DNA of 54,707 nucleotides from an uncultured Candidatus Saccharibacteria bacterium (GTDB lineage: Bacteria; Patescibacteriota; Minisyncoccia; Phycocordibacterales; UBA918), in assembly GCA_964614265.1 (NCBI GenBank), contig CAZTKT010000001.1, positions 1 through 54,707 on the forward strand, in the 5' to 3' direction. The notes below the pieces were generated by a model, which was not told the DNA's origin, made no database searches, and worked only from the letters and a program-made list of their open reading frames with translations. Positions within the stretch are counted from its first letter, which is position 1. Every line of letters starts with the position of its first letter. Made by a program: the position numbers and the translations under genes. This document shows positions 46,067 to 54,707 of the stretch, one piece after another.

Positions 46067-47101
46067 TTACCCAACAATCGTATACTGTCCATCAGGAAGT
46101 CGTTTGAATAACGCTCGATCTTGGAGATTAACCATGATTGTGTTGTCCTTCACATAGCGTTCTTTTCGTACACGATCAATGATCTCGTTGTATGAAAGTG
46201 GGCCACTCTCGGTGAGGATATCACGCAAAATGTCTTTTACGACACCGGCACTATACCCCCATTCAGTCAGTGCATAGAGCCCACGACCTACGAGAACGAA
46301 CCGTTTATCCTTAATCAATTCATTGTGACACGTAGCGACATGTGCTTTTCGGTTAAAGAGTTGCTCGATTGATTCTGCCACTTCACGGAAGTGCATTGGA
46401 GAGCCATGTCGTTTAACTGCTAGATATGCAAAGTCACGCACACCCTTTGCACGCACATTTGGACTTGAGGTGAGACCCCATTCGCCAAGTGGATTTTGGC
46501 CCAATACCTTCGATAGAGCGAGCCACTGTCGGACAAACTCCTCTTTTTTCTTTTCTGCATCAAGATCCTGCAATTTTTCTTTCAGCAGCGCAATGAGGTC
46601 AGCTTCAGACATAAGTGAATCCTCCGTCAGTGATTCATGGACATCAATCAGTGCCTGCTCTACGATCCCCGCGAGTTCTTTATCGAGGAACCATCGATCA
46701 TTAAAAAAAACGTTCTCCTTTGTTCGGGAGAACGGTACGCCCAATCGCAACATGAAAAAGAGGTGGTTGTTTGTCCCTTGATTTGCGTCTAGAGATTGCA
46801 AAAAATTTTGTTCAGCAACAAAGCCTCCCTGCTGTGCAATCAGTTCCTCAAGCTCGGTAAAGAGCTCTTCGTAGTCTTTATATACGGGCGATTTCTGGAT
46901 CAGGGCGAGGGCGTAGTTTTCAATCTGCCGAACACGCTCTCGGGTTATCCCATAGGTTTGACCGATAGCATCGAGTGTCTGTGGGGTGCTGACACTCGGA
47001 GTGAGACCAAACCGTTTTTCGAGCACATCACGGGCACGCGTGGGCAACACTCCAAGCAGTTTCTTTGCGACCTGTTTTGGTTGGAAGGATATGCTGTTCA
47101 T
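46067..47101 (-). CDS. Sigma-70 region-4-like HTH fused to a C-terminal HARE-HTH domain
   Basis: LPTRARDVLEKRFGL...TLDAIGQTYGITRERVRQIENYALALI, followed later by PMHFREVAESI...KDKRFVLVGRGLYALTEWGY. Confidence 0.7.
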   Translation of the reverse strand: MNSISFQPKQVAKKLLGVLPTRARDVLEKRFGLTPSVSTPQTLDAIGQTYGITRERVRQIENYALALIQKSPVYKDYEELFTELEELIAQQGGFVAEQNFLQSLDANQGTNNHLFFMLRLGVPFSRTKENVFFNDRWFLDKELAGIVEQALIDVHESLTEDSLMSEADLIALLKEKLQDLDAEKKKEEFVRQWLALSKVLGQNPLGEWGLTSSPNVRAKGVRDFAYLAVKRHGSPMHFREVAESIEQLFNRKAHVATCHNELIKDKRFVLVGRGLYALTEWGYSAGVVKDILRDILTESGPLSYNEIIDRVRKERYVKDNTIMVNLQDRALFKRLPDGQYTIVG

Positions 47102-47134
47102 GACGATATGTTGCTGTGTACTGATAGTACGTCA

Positions 47135-47163
47135 TTTTTAGCATACTATTCTAAAATAGTCAA
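47135..47163 (-). promoter_or_regulatory. Candidate promoter of the sigma-r4/HARE-HTH gene
   Basis: On the minus strand, ttgact (47163-47158), a 17-nt spacer and TGc-taaaaa (47140-47135, extended -10). Confidence 0.4.
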
Positions 47164-47228
47164 GCCGTGCCATCAGACTCTGGATATTAGGGATTTTGTG
47201 CCTGTTATGTACAGCAATATCTTGCTGC

Positions 47229-49724
47229 TTATGTTCGGGTCAGAATGCTCAGAATTTTTCCAGGAACATAGACAATTCTCGCGATCGTGTCGCGTGTAAT
47301 TTTGCTTGCGATACGTGGTTCTCTGAGCGCCATCTCGATCACTGACGGCTCATCGGCATCAACCGCAACAGAAATGGTCGCACGTACCTTGCCATCTATT
47401 TGTACGGCAATCGTCACCGTCTCTGACACAAGGAGTGTCACATCAGCAATCGGCCACTCTGCAAGATGGATCGAGGATTGCTTCCCTCTCGTTTCCCAAA
47501 GTTCTTCGGTAAGGTGTGGTGCAAATGGTGCGAGGAGACGCACGAATATCTCATAACTATCCGTGGTGAGCCCCTCTTTTTCTGCGGCGTTGAGGAAGAT
47601 CATCAGTGCACTGATTGCGGTATTAAATTTGAACGCCTCAATATCACGGGTAACCTTGTCGATGGTACGGTGTAAGAGTGTGGTGAGAGTCTTCGGCTCA
47701 TCTTTTCTGGTGTGTTCCGCGAGGCCATTGACTCGCTCGAGGAAACGTCTTATACCCGCGATCCCACCCATATTCCACGGGTAGTTTGCCACTTCAGCGT
47801 ACGGACCCATAAACGCAAGGTACATTTTCACACTATCAGCACCAAGACGTTGCACCTGCTCATCTGGGTCGATGACATTCCCCTTCGACTTACTCATCTT
47901 GTTGCCGTCAGGACCAAGGATCAGTCCTCTATTAATACGCACCGTGTATGGTTCGGAGACCGTCGTTAGACCCAGATCATAGAGTACTTTTTGAAAGAAA
48001 CGAGAATAGAGAACGTGCATGGTGGTATGTTCTGCTCCACCAAAATATGTATTGGTCGGCATCCACGCCTCCTGCGCTTCTTTTGAGGCAAATTGTTTCG
48101 TGTTTTGGGGATCAGTATAGCGCAAAAAATACCATGATGAATCAACGAATGTATCCAGTGTCTCCACTTCTGGTGTCCATCCTTCGCCGAATATATCAGT
48201 GACTCTTTTTTTCAGTGACTCTGATTTTGCTAATGGGGGAATACCGGTGGGGGTAAAATCGACATCGTCGGGCAAAAGCCACGGCAGATGTTCTTCGGGA
48301 ACCGCATGTGGCTTCCCTTCTGGATCGTAGACGATCGGAATTGGGCATCCCCAATATCGTTGTCGACCAACAGACCAGTCGCGGAGTCGATAGGTATGCG
48401 TTATTTTACCGCCCACTTTTTCCGTAATTTTGATCTTTGCTTCTTTTGTATGAAGTTCATCAAAGTCACCGGAATTAATCAAGATGCCTTCCCCTGTTGT
48501 GGGAAATTCAATAAGGCTCGAAGATAATGTCTTGATTATGAAAGCGTAGTTGCTAGTTCCCTTTGCTGGTACGTTCTCTTCAGGAATGTGTCCAGAAGAA
48601 GTAGTGTGAAATATTGTGTGATCTGGTGGTGACACAACTGCTCTTACAGGTAGGTTATATTTCTTCGCAAAAGAGAAGTCGCGATGATCATGCGCTGGTA
48701 CTGCCATGATCGCACCAGTGCCATAGCTTCCGATGACATAGTCAGCGACAAAGATAGGAATTTGTTCATTGTTTGCGGGATTGAGCGCCATCACTCCTTC
48801 TAGTTTGACTCCCGATTTCTCTTTTTCCTCTTTCATGCGCTCCATCTCCTTCTTCTTTTTTGCCTCATCTACATAGACGCGTACAGCATCAATGTTTTGA
48901 ATCGTGCCCGCAAGTTTCTCAATAAGTCTGTGCTCGGGTGCAAGTACGATATATGTCGCGCCAAACAGTGTGTCAGGGCGTGTAGTGAAAACAGTAATTT
49001 TTTCCTCTGTTCCAGAGACAGCGAAAGTAATCTCTGCACCTTCAGAACGACCAATCCAGTTGCGTTGTGAATCTTTGATCTGTTCAGGCCACTGTAGTGG
49101 TTCTAAATCGTCAATAAGTCGATCTGCGTACTGCGTAATTTTGAGCAACCACTGAGGCATTTCTTTTTGTTCGATGTCACTTCCACAGCGCTCACAGGTG
49201 CCGTTTACCACTTGCTCATTGGCAAGAACTGTCTTGCAAGAAGGACACCAATTCACTAATGATGTACCCCGATACGCAAGATTTTTCTTAAAACATTGAA
49301 TGAAGATCCACTGTGTCCAACGATAATATTCTGGATCAGAGGTAATCACTTTTCTCGACCAATCATAGGAGTTACCCATACTCTCAAGCTGTTTTTCCAT
49401 ATGAGCAATGTTCCCATACGTCCATTTTTTTGGATCGAGCTTATTTTTTATCGCGGCATTTTCGGCAGGAAGGCCGAACGAGTCAAAGCCGATGGGATAG
49501 AGCACGTGCTTCCCTTGCATGCGTTTTGCACGCGCAAAAATATCTGGGACCGCAAATGCGTGCCAATGACCAATGTGCAAGTTTCCAGAGGGGTAGGGAT
49601 ATTCAGTCAAGATATATTGTTTCTCTTTTCCGGCATGGTCATTTGAGACTTCATGCAGCTTGCTTTCCTGCCATCGCTGTTGCCACTTTTTTTCTATATC
49701 TTGATGATTAAATTTTTTATGCAT
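47229..49724 (-). CDS. leuS: Leucyl-tRNA synthetase
   Basis: YPSGNLHIGHWHAF (the HIGH motif), KMSKSKGN and a CP1 editing insertion. Start set at MHKKFNHQDIEKKWQ. Confidence 0.96.
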   Translation of the reverse strand: MHKKFNHQDIEKKWQQRWQESKLHEVSNDHAGKEKQYILTEYPYPSGNLHIGHWHAFAVPDIFARAKRMQGKHVLYPIGFDSFGLPAENAAIKNKLDPKKWTYGNIAHMEKQLESMGNSYDWSRKVITSDPEYYRWTQWIFIQCFKKNLAYRGTSLVNWCPSCKTVLANEQVVNGTCERCGSDIEQKEMPQWLLKITQYADRLIDDLEPLQWPEQIKDSQRNWIGRSEGAEITFAVSGTEEKITVFTTRPDTLFGATYIVLAPEHRLIEKLAGTIQNIDAVRVYVDEAKKKKEMERMKEEKEKSGVKLEGVMALNPANNEQIPIFVADYVIGSYGTGAIMAVPAHDHRDFSFAKKYNLPVRAVVSPPDHTIFHTTSSGHIPEENVPAKGTSNYAFIIKTLSSSLIEFPTTGEGILINSGDFDELHTKEAKIKITEKVGGKITHTYRLRDWSVGRQRYWGCPIPIVYDPEGKPHAVPEEHLPWLLPDDVDFTPTGIPPLAKSESLKKRVTDIFGEGWTPEVETLDTFVDSSWYFLRYTDPQNTKQFASKEAQEAWMPTNTYFGGAEHTTMHVLYSRFFQKVLYDLGLTTVSEPYTVRINRGLILGPDGNKMSKSKGNVIDPDEQVQRLGADSVKMYLAFMGPYAEVANYPWNMGGIAGIRRFLERVNGLAEHTRKDEPKTLTTLLHRTIDKVTRDIEAFKFNTAISALMIFLNAAEKEGLTTDSYEIFVRLLAPFAPHLTEELWETRGKQSSIHLAEWPIADVTLLVSETVTIAVQIDGKVRATISVAVDADEPSVIEMALREPRIASKITRDTIARIVYVPGKILSILTRT

Positions 49725-49794
49725 ACTCAAATTACTATCTACGTGTCGATGCTGTACACACCATCCCTCCATCTTAGCAACACCCTATAAATGT

Positions 49795-50814
49795 TTATTG
49801 TACGTGATACTCATCTGCCTTTGTTGCTTCTGGGAATGACTGTACTCCCCCAGTCTGCTTATCTTTTTGTATGAGATTCGAGTCAATTCTACGCTTAAAG
49901 CAGGTACGGCCAATGTCATGGTCCCAGGTGCTATTTCCCAGTAGTCCGGACATTGGCAACTCTGGCACAGATATGTTTCGTCCAAAGACACCAGAGACCG
50001 GGGAGCCGTTGGTCGCATTATACTCCTCTGAAGAGACTGCAAACGTTGCACAGAGCAGAAAACTTCGTGGGTCATCGAGTCGATATTCGTACTCAGTCCT
50101 TCCTGCTGGAGCTGGGGGTACCGAAAATCCCATTAGTGGGCTCTCGAGCTCAGTGAGTGTCCCAGGCAGATGCCCGTTCTGTTGCCAATAGTTGACTAGC
50201 TGTTGCTGGATCATCGTGAGATCTTGTATCTGTTGTAGATCGAGCCGGATGTTGCGCTGAGTCGTCGGACTTCCCATGATGAAAAATCCACCAGCAACAA
50301 CGAGCGCAACGAGCGCAAGTGCTCCCAACCCGACCATCTGTGATGAGTGCTCTCTTCGTCTCCAGTATTCACGGACATCACGCATGAAATACCAGAAGAT
50401 CGTTCCCATAATGACCAGTAATACTACTACTTTACAGAGCAATGGTTTCGCGAGTGTGCCACCGAGGAATGCGTTGAGCAGTACGATGAGATCACCAACG
50501 ATCGTTGTGCCTGCAATAAACAGTGTGATGTATGTCAACCAACGACGAATGGCAAATGTATATCGGGCTGGTTCATGACGAGCTTCTTTTTGGAGTCGGC
50601 GCATGAGAAAGAGGAACATCGGAAGCAAGATGATCAGCGACGCAATCGCAAAGCGCATTGGCCCTGAATACGGGTCGGCGTACATATTCTGGAGTGGGTC
50701 TGGAAAGAGGTAGTCAACCATGCGGAACAGAAGTGTCAGAAGCGCAATGGTTGAGAGGTAGAGGCTCAAAAACGTCCCTACGTGCAGAAAGAAGTCTCGT
50801 GGTGTATTTTTCAT
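49795..50814 (-). CDS. Polytopic membrane protein with an extracytoplasmic C-terminal domain (DUF5671-like from memory)
   Basis: Start set at MKNTPRDFFLHVGTFLSLYLSTIALL. About 6 TM helices. Confidence 0.55.
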   Translation of the reverse strand: MKNTPRDFFLHVGTFLSLYLSTIALLTLLFRMVDYLFPDPLQNMYADPYSGPMRFAIASLIILLPMFLFLMRRLQKEARHEPARYTFAIRRWLTYITLFIAGTTIVGDLIVLLNAFLGGTLAKPLLCKVVVLLVIMGTIFWYFMRDVREYWRRREHSSQMVGLGALALVALVVAGGFFIMGSPTTQRNIRLDLQQIQDLTMIQQQLVNYWQQNGHLPGTLTELESPLMGFSVPPAPAGRTEYEYRLDDPRSFLLCATFAVSSEEYNATNGSPVSGVFGRNISVPELPMSGLLGNSTWDHDIGRTCFKRRIDSNLIQKDKQTGGVQSFPEATKADEYHVQ

Positions 50815-50898
50815 AGTAATAGAAGACTTATATAAACTAACGGTGTAATTATGCCTTAAAAGAGATTCTGTGCAAATGAGGTGGAGGGATACGGTCGT

Positions 50899-50927
50899 TT
50901 GACGGTGGGGTAGAAAACTGCTACTAT
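50899..50927 (+). promoter_or_regulatory. Candidate rpmG promoter (TTGACG-17-TACTAT)
   Basis: ttgacg at 50899-50904, a 17-nt spacer and tactat at 50922-50927. The ATG follows 14 nt later. Confidence 0.45.
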
Positions 50928-50941
50928 CCCAGTACAAATCT

Positions 50942-51115
50942 ATGTCACAAGACAGACTCATACGACTGGTATCTGACGGAGACGCACAGGGCGTTGGGAA
51001 GGGACACGTCTATTACACAACGAAGAATAAGCGCAAACTTGCGGAAAAGAAATTTGCGTTTAAAAAGTATAATCCTATTTCTCGCTCACATACGATGTAT
51101 AAGGAGAAGAAGTAA
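50942..51115 (+). CDS. rpmG: Ribosomal protein L33 (below the ORF-track size cutoff)
   Basis: Hand translation gives MSQDRLIRLVSDGDAQGVGKGHVYYTTKNKRKLAEKKFAFKKYNPISRSHTMYKEKK-stop. Confidence 0.85.
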   Translation: MSQDRLIRLVSDGDAQGVGKGHVYYTTKNKRKLAEKKFAFKKYNPISRSHTMYKEKK

Positions 51116-51136
51116 GCGGGGGTAAAGGGATAAAAA

Positions 51137-51176
51137 GGAAAGTGCCGCGACCAGAGGTTGCGGCACTTTCCTTTTT
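51137..51176. terminator. Bidirectional intrinsic terminator between the convergent rpmG and aldolase genes
   Basis: ggaaagtgccgc-N11-gcggcactttcc, flanked by an A-run upstream and a T-run downstream. Confidence 0.75.
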
Positions 51177-51187
51177 AGTCACCCACC

Positions 51188-52216
51188 TTACTCTGTCATT
51201 TCCTCCAACGCAGGTTCATAGTCACCAGTCTGGGCTTTTGCATTGAGCATGAGGCGCTTGAGGAGGACACGTTGCGCACTATCTTTGTTTGTGGCGCTAT
51301 CTCCTTTCCATGCAGTGAGTACAGGCTCTTCAATTGCACGTGAGTATGAAAAGGTAATTGGCCAGGGCTGTGCTCCGTGGCGGGCAATTGCTTGTAGGTT
51401 TTCTGTTGCACGTACGGGGGTCTGTCCACCAGAGAGCAGTATGATGCCGGCGACGTCTTTTGGTACTCCCGCATGAAAGGCGCGTAGGGTTGCATCCGCG
51501 ACCTCTTCGGGGGACGATTGATCCTTGCTTCCATCACCCGCGAGGACCATGCTTGATTTTAGGATGATACAACTAAGATCGATATGATATTCGTTGAGAG
51601 TTTCAAATAGAACGGTACAGGTACGTTCGGTAACTTCTTGCGCACGGGCAATAGTATGATTTCCGTGAAGAAGCACCTCTGGCTCGAGAATCGGTACCAT
51701 ATCTACACTATGTGCGAGTGCCGCATAGCGCGTGAGCAACACGGCATTTATTTTTAGACACTCATCAGTAGGAAGTTCTTCATCGATACTCACTACGGCG
51801 CGCCACTTTGTAAACCGAGCACCAAGATCGTAATAGTCATGCAAACGTGCCGAGAGGCCATCGAGACCTTCGGTCACTACTTCACCCGGAAATCCATCAA
51901 ACGGCACCGTCCCCATGTCTACCTTAATTCCGGGAATAATGCCGTGTGCGGTCAAAAGATCAGGGAAACGCGTACCATCTGCCGTTGTACTTTTGAGTGA
52001 TTCATCATAAAAAATTACTCCAGAAAGATAGGCATCAATACCGGGCGCCGTAAATAAGAGCTCGCGGTACTCATGGCGCATCTCAGGAGTAGTGAGTGCG
52101 CCGACTGCCTCAAGACGTGTGTTCATGGTACGCACACTTTCGTCTGCCGCAAGGATTCCCTTCCCTTTCGCCAGTAGTGCGCGTACAATAGCGCGCATGT
52201 TTTCTTGTTTTTTCAT
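51188..52216 (-). CDS. fba: Class I (Schiff-base, muscle-type) fructose-bisphosphate aldolase
   Basis: KGKGILAADESVRTMNTRL, about 342 aa in length, and ILLSGGQ. Confidence 0.88.
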   Translation of the reverse strand: MKKQENMRAIVRALLAKGKGILAADESVRTMNTRLEAVGALTTPEMRHEYRELLFTAPGIDAYLSGVIFYDESLKSTTADGTRFPDLLTAHGIIPGIKVDMGTVPFDGFPGEVVTEGLDGLSARLHDYYDLGARFTKWRAVVSIDEELPTDECLKINAVLLTRYAALAHSVDMVPILEPEVLLHGNHTIARAQEVTERTCTVLFETLNEYHIDLSCIILKSSMVLAGDGSKDQSSPEEVADATLRAFHAGVPKDVAGIILLSGGQTPVRATENLQAIARHGAQPWPITFSYSRAIEEPVLTAWKGDSATNKDSAQRVLLKRLMLNAKAQTGDYEPALEEMTE

Positions 52217-52250
52217 TGTCTTCAGTGTATCAGAGAACTGAAGAAAAAAA

Positions 52251-53060
52251 GTGCTTGTGCACAGTTATTTGACACCGCATCGTATGAACACACACAATCA
52301 GACAACACGTGAACGAATGTGGTTATTACATGAGAAATATGCTGATGTGGAGACACCTGCATTTTTTGCAGATCTGTTGCGCCTTGAGGGTGGTACGCCA
52401 CTTGCATATGTGATTGGGCACGTGCCATTCCTCAATACAACAATATATGTAGACTCACAGCCACTCATCCCTCGTCCGGAGACGGAGCAGTGGGTCAGCG
52501 AGGCAATTATTGATATACGTGCGTATCTGGCACGCACACAAAAGCAAGAGGCGCATATATTGGATCTCTGTGCTGGTTCAGGATGTGTGGGAGTGGCGGT
52601 TATGGAGGCGGTATCTATGGCGCGCGTCGATTTCGAAGAAATCGACGCGCGCCATCACCCAACCATCGAAAAAAATATCTCGTCAAACCATCTCGATCAC
52701 ACGCACACTCACATCTATGGAGGAGATTTATTCATGAATATTCCTCCATACCGCTATGACTTCATTCTTGCCAATCCGCCATACATTGATCCCGCTCGTA
52801 TCGAGCGCGTAGCCCACAATGTCATCGCACACGAACCTACAAACGCATTATTTGGGGGCACTGACGGTATTGAGCTTATTACGCGTATTCTTACCGATGC
52901 ACCCCAGTATCTTCTATCAGGTGGCGTGCTGTATATTGAGCATGAACCAGAACAACGGACGGCAATCCACACTCTCGCACACGCACTCCCCTACGCTTCA
53001 TACAAAACACATACTGACCAATGGAAGCGGGAGCGTTATACACGACTTGTACGAGCATAA
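52251..53060 (+). CDS. prmC: Release-factor glutamine N5-methyltransferase PrmC/HemK
   Basis: PLAYVIGHVPF...LIPRPETE...DLCAGSGCVG...ILANPPYI. An alternative start is ATG 52284. Confidence 0.9.
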   Translation: MLVHSYLTPHRMNTHNQTTRERMWLLHEKYADVETPAFFADLLRLEGGTPLAYVIGHVPFLNTTIYVDSQPLIPRPETEQWVSEAIIDIRAYLARTQKQEAHILDLCAGSGCVGVAVMEAVSMARVDFEEIDARHHPTIEKNISSNHLDHTHTHIYGGDLFMNIPPYRYDFILANPPYIDPARIERVAHNVIAHEPTNALFGGTDGIELITRILTDAPQYLLSGGVLYIEHEPEQRTAIHTLAHALPYASYKTHTDQWKRERYTRLVRA

Positions 53061-53089
53061 TTAGTACAGTGTGGCAAAATAGAGTACAT

Positions 53090-53305
53090 ATGATACCCGC
53101 CATATCACTCTCGCTCCCCAGCTTCTTATGGCTCATCTTTTTCCTTACGATGTTTGGAACCACCGTCTACTCTGCATTCCTTATTTATCATTGGCACGCC
53201 TACGGTGATCGAGTGGCTGTTGCGGTGCATGTGACCATACTCTACCTCATTGGAGCCATCTTTTTCTTGATGAGTATGGCGACTGCTCTTACGACGTTGT
53301 CATAA
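53090..53305 (+). CDS. Small two-helix membrane protein, hypothetical
   Basis: MIPAISLSLPSFLWLIFFLTMFGTTVY...VTILYLIGAIFFLMSMA. Confidence 0.45.
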   Translation: MIPAISLSLPSFLWLIFFLTMFGTTVYSAFLIYHWHAYGDRVAVAVHVTILYLIGAIFFLMSMATALTTLS

Positions 53306-53310
53306 ACACT

Positions 53311-53898
53311 ATGCACCAACTCACTGCACGCATTCAGTTAGAAGAACAGGAACATATCGTGCTCATCGTGCGCAAACATTGGTTCATGTTGGTTCGTGAT
53401 GCCATCATCCCACTCTTGTGTTTCGTCGTGCCTGTCTCCCTCTATCTCTTCTTTGGTGCCCGTGTGCAGGCACTTGCCCATATAGCAACGTTCCCCCATG
53501 AATCAGCGATCGCCTTTTTTTGTATCTCACTGTGGGGACTGATCACATGGATGATACTGTTCTTTATGTGGACTGATTACTATCTTGATATGTGGACCAT
53601 CACTGATCAACGCATTATCGCAATTGATCAGCGTGGTCTTTTTCGGCGTTCTATTGCGAGCTTCCGCTATGAGCGTCTCCAAGACATCAACATAGAAATA
53701 GATGGGCCGGTTGCTACATTTCTCGATTTTGGCACTCTTCGTGCGCAGACCGCCGGTGGTGACAAAGAGGCATTTCATATCAGTGGTGTACCAAATCCAC
53801 GAGACATAAAAACACAAATATTACGCACTGCTGATCAAGCATTGGCGAGAGGATATGCCTCTGACAACATGTCAAAGCCATCAGTAATGAACCTTTAA
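53311..53898 (+). CDS. Membrane protein with a bacterial PH (YdbS/YdbT-like) domain
   Basis: Two TM helices, then WTITDQRIIAIDQRGLFRRSIASFRYERLQDINIE...FGTLRAQTAGG. Confidence 0.7.
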   Translation: MHQLTARIQLEEQEHIVLIVRKHWFMLVRDAIIPLLCFVVPVSLYLFFGARVQALAHIATFPHESAIAFFCISLWGLITWMILFFMWTDYYLDMWTITDQRIIAIDQRGLFRRSIASFRYERLQDINIEIDGPVATFLDFGTLRAQTAGGDKEAFHISGVPNPRDIKTQILRTADQALARGYASDNMSKPSVMNL

Positions 53899-53933
53899 AC
53901 AAAAGAGTTGATGTATGTCCTAGTAGCACAATA

Positions 53934-53971
53934 GAAAAACCCTCGAGTTCAACGTGTGTTGAACCCGAGGG
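53934..53971 (-). terminator. Intrinsic terminator of the 53979-54542 gene
   Basis: The minus strand reads ccctcgggttcaac-acac-gttgaactcgaggg (13 of 14 bp paired) followed by ttttt. Confidence 0.65.
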
Positions 53972-53978
53972 CGTAGCA

Positions 53979-54542
53979 CTACTCTCGCACCCGCCACTGG
54001 CCACTGTTCAGGGTGACCGTACAGTCGCCCTCCTTTGATAAGCAGGCCCAGGTTTCTTGGGCAACCTCGATTTCCGGCAGATAAAGTACTAGAACCTTCC
54101 CTAGGGATAACCCCTGGAGTGGCACCTCCCAGAATACGTGCCCGGCGGAAGATCTAAGGTGAAGTGATGCACCCATGAGTGCATCTACAACAAACTCTTT
54201 TTTCCCCCCACCCACATAATGCAAGATGCCCTTCTGATCGACGATGGTCATGTGGGACAACTGCACCACAACCTTGGGACGCTGGCTAGATGGAACTGTC
54301 TCGTGATATGGCAAAGCAGTGGGTGTGCCATATACACAAGGCACTTTCCCGTCGCTTGCCAAGACAACGCGACTGGGCACCGACGGGTCACATACAAAAT
54401 ATATTGTTTTCATCACCGGTGCCGTTGGGACCTCCGGCGGTCTTCCACCGCATCCGACGATAATGAAGAACGGTACTGCCAACAGACCAACTCGACAAAG
54501 TCTACCAACAATGCTACCAACAATCATCTCCCACCCCCCCAA
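53979..54542 (-). CDS. Putative lipoprotein, hypothetical
   Basis: LLAVPFFIIVGC-GG lipobox. The start may be Met-6 (54527). Confidence 0.6.
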   Translation of the reverse strand: MGGWEMIVGSIVGRLCRVGLLAVPFFIIVGCGGRPPEVPTAPVMKTIYFVCDPSVPSRVVLASDGKVPCVYGTPTALPYHETVPSSQRPKVVVQLSHMTIVDQKGILHYVGGGKKEFVVDALMGASLHLRSSAGHVFWEVPLQGLSLGKVLVLYLPEIEVAQETWACLSKEGDCTVTLNSGQWRVRE

Positions 54543-54600
54543 AGTGACAATACAACACGATGACGATCAGAGACCGTCATCAACCACTCGGTTGTATAGC

Positions 54601-54609
54601 ATTATATCA
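54601..54609 (-). promoter_or_regulatory. Candidate extended -10 element (TGaTATAAT) for the lipoprotein gene
   Basis: The minus strand reads ttgatataat about 58 nt upstream of ATG 54542. There is no properly spaced -35. Confidence 0.35.
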
Positions 54610-54707
54610 ACACCATGTCAATCCCCATAGCAAGAAAGCATCTACACTTGTGGGACAAGCAAGACGCGAGCATTCTGAAAACCTAGTATTGAAGTTTCGC
54701 GGAAGAT

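Noticed and set aside
1-54707. CRISPR arrays, tRNA, rRNA, tmRNA, RNase P or SRP RNA genes, and stop-codon reassignment
   Set aside because: I found no spaced direct repeats, no GGTTCGAATCC-type T-loops with acceptor stems, and no conserved RNase P, SRP or tmRNA motifs. TGA terminates clearly complete genes such as cysS, so the standard code applies. An Infernal or tRNAscan run would be needed to be definitive.

Overview
This window is compact and mostly encoded on the minus strand, and most of it is housekeeping genes. It uses the standard genetic code, since TGA serves as a stop. I found no rRNA, tRNA or CRISPR array. Recognisable genes include grpE-dnaK, cysS, dnaB, recR, rmuC, msrA/msrB, a Pif1-like helicase, alaS, leuS, mnmA, mltG, prmC, a class I aldolase, and the ribosomal string infA-rpmJ-rpsM-rpsK-rpsD-rpoA-rplQ-rplM-rpsI, plus rplI, rplU and rpmG. 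Three of these are not in the ORF track: rpmJ, rpmG and an edge-truncated PKD-repeat ORF. The tight gene packing, a truncated AlaRS, a Cys-less L36 and many orphan membrane proteins fit a reduced, CPR/Patescibacteria-like genome; that placement is inference only. Accessory content includes inverted transposase ends that bracket the PKD fragment at the left edge. There is also a frameshifted IS630-like element and an intact rve-like transposase, with two orphan envelope genes between them. The strongest lead is an orphan 1456-aa protein ending in a Pol-beta-type nucleotidyltransferase module. Secondary leads are a promoter-to-terminator ncRNA candidate upstream of rplU, an ATP-cone/nuclease fusion, an actin-fold ATPase paired with a bitopic protein, and a sigma-region-4/HARE-HTH fusion. 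Every family assignment comes from reading motifs by eye; no searches were run.
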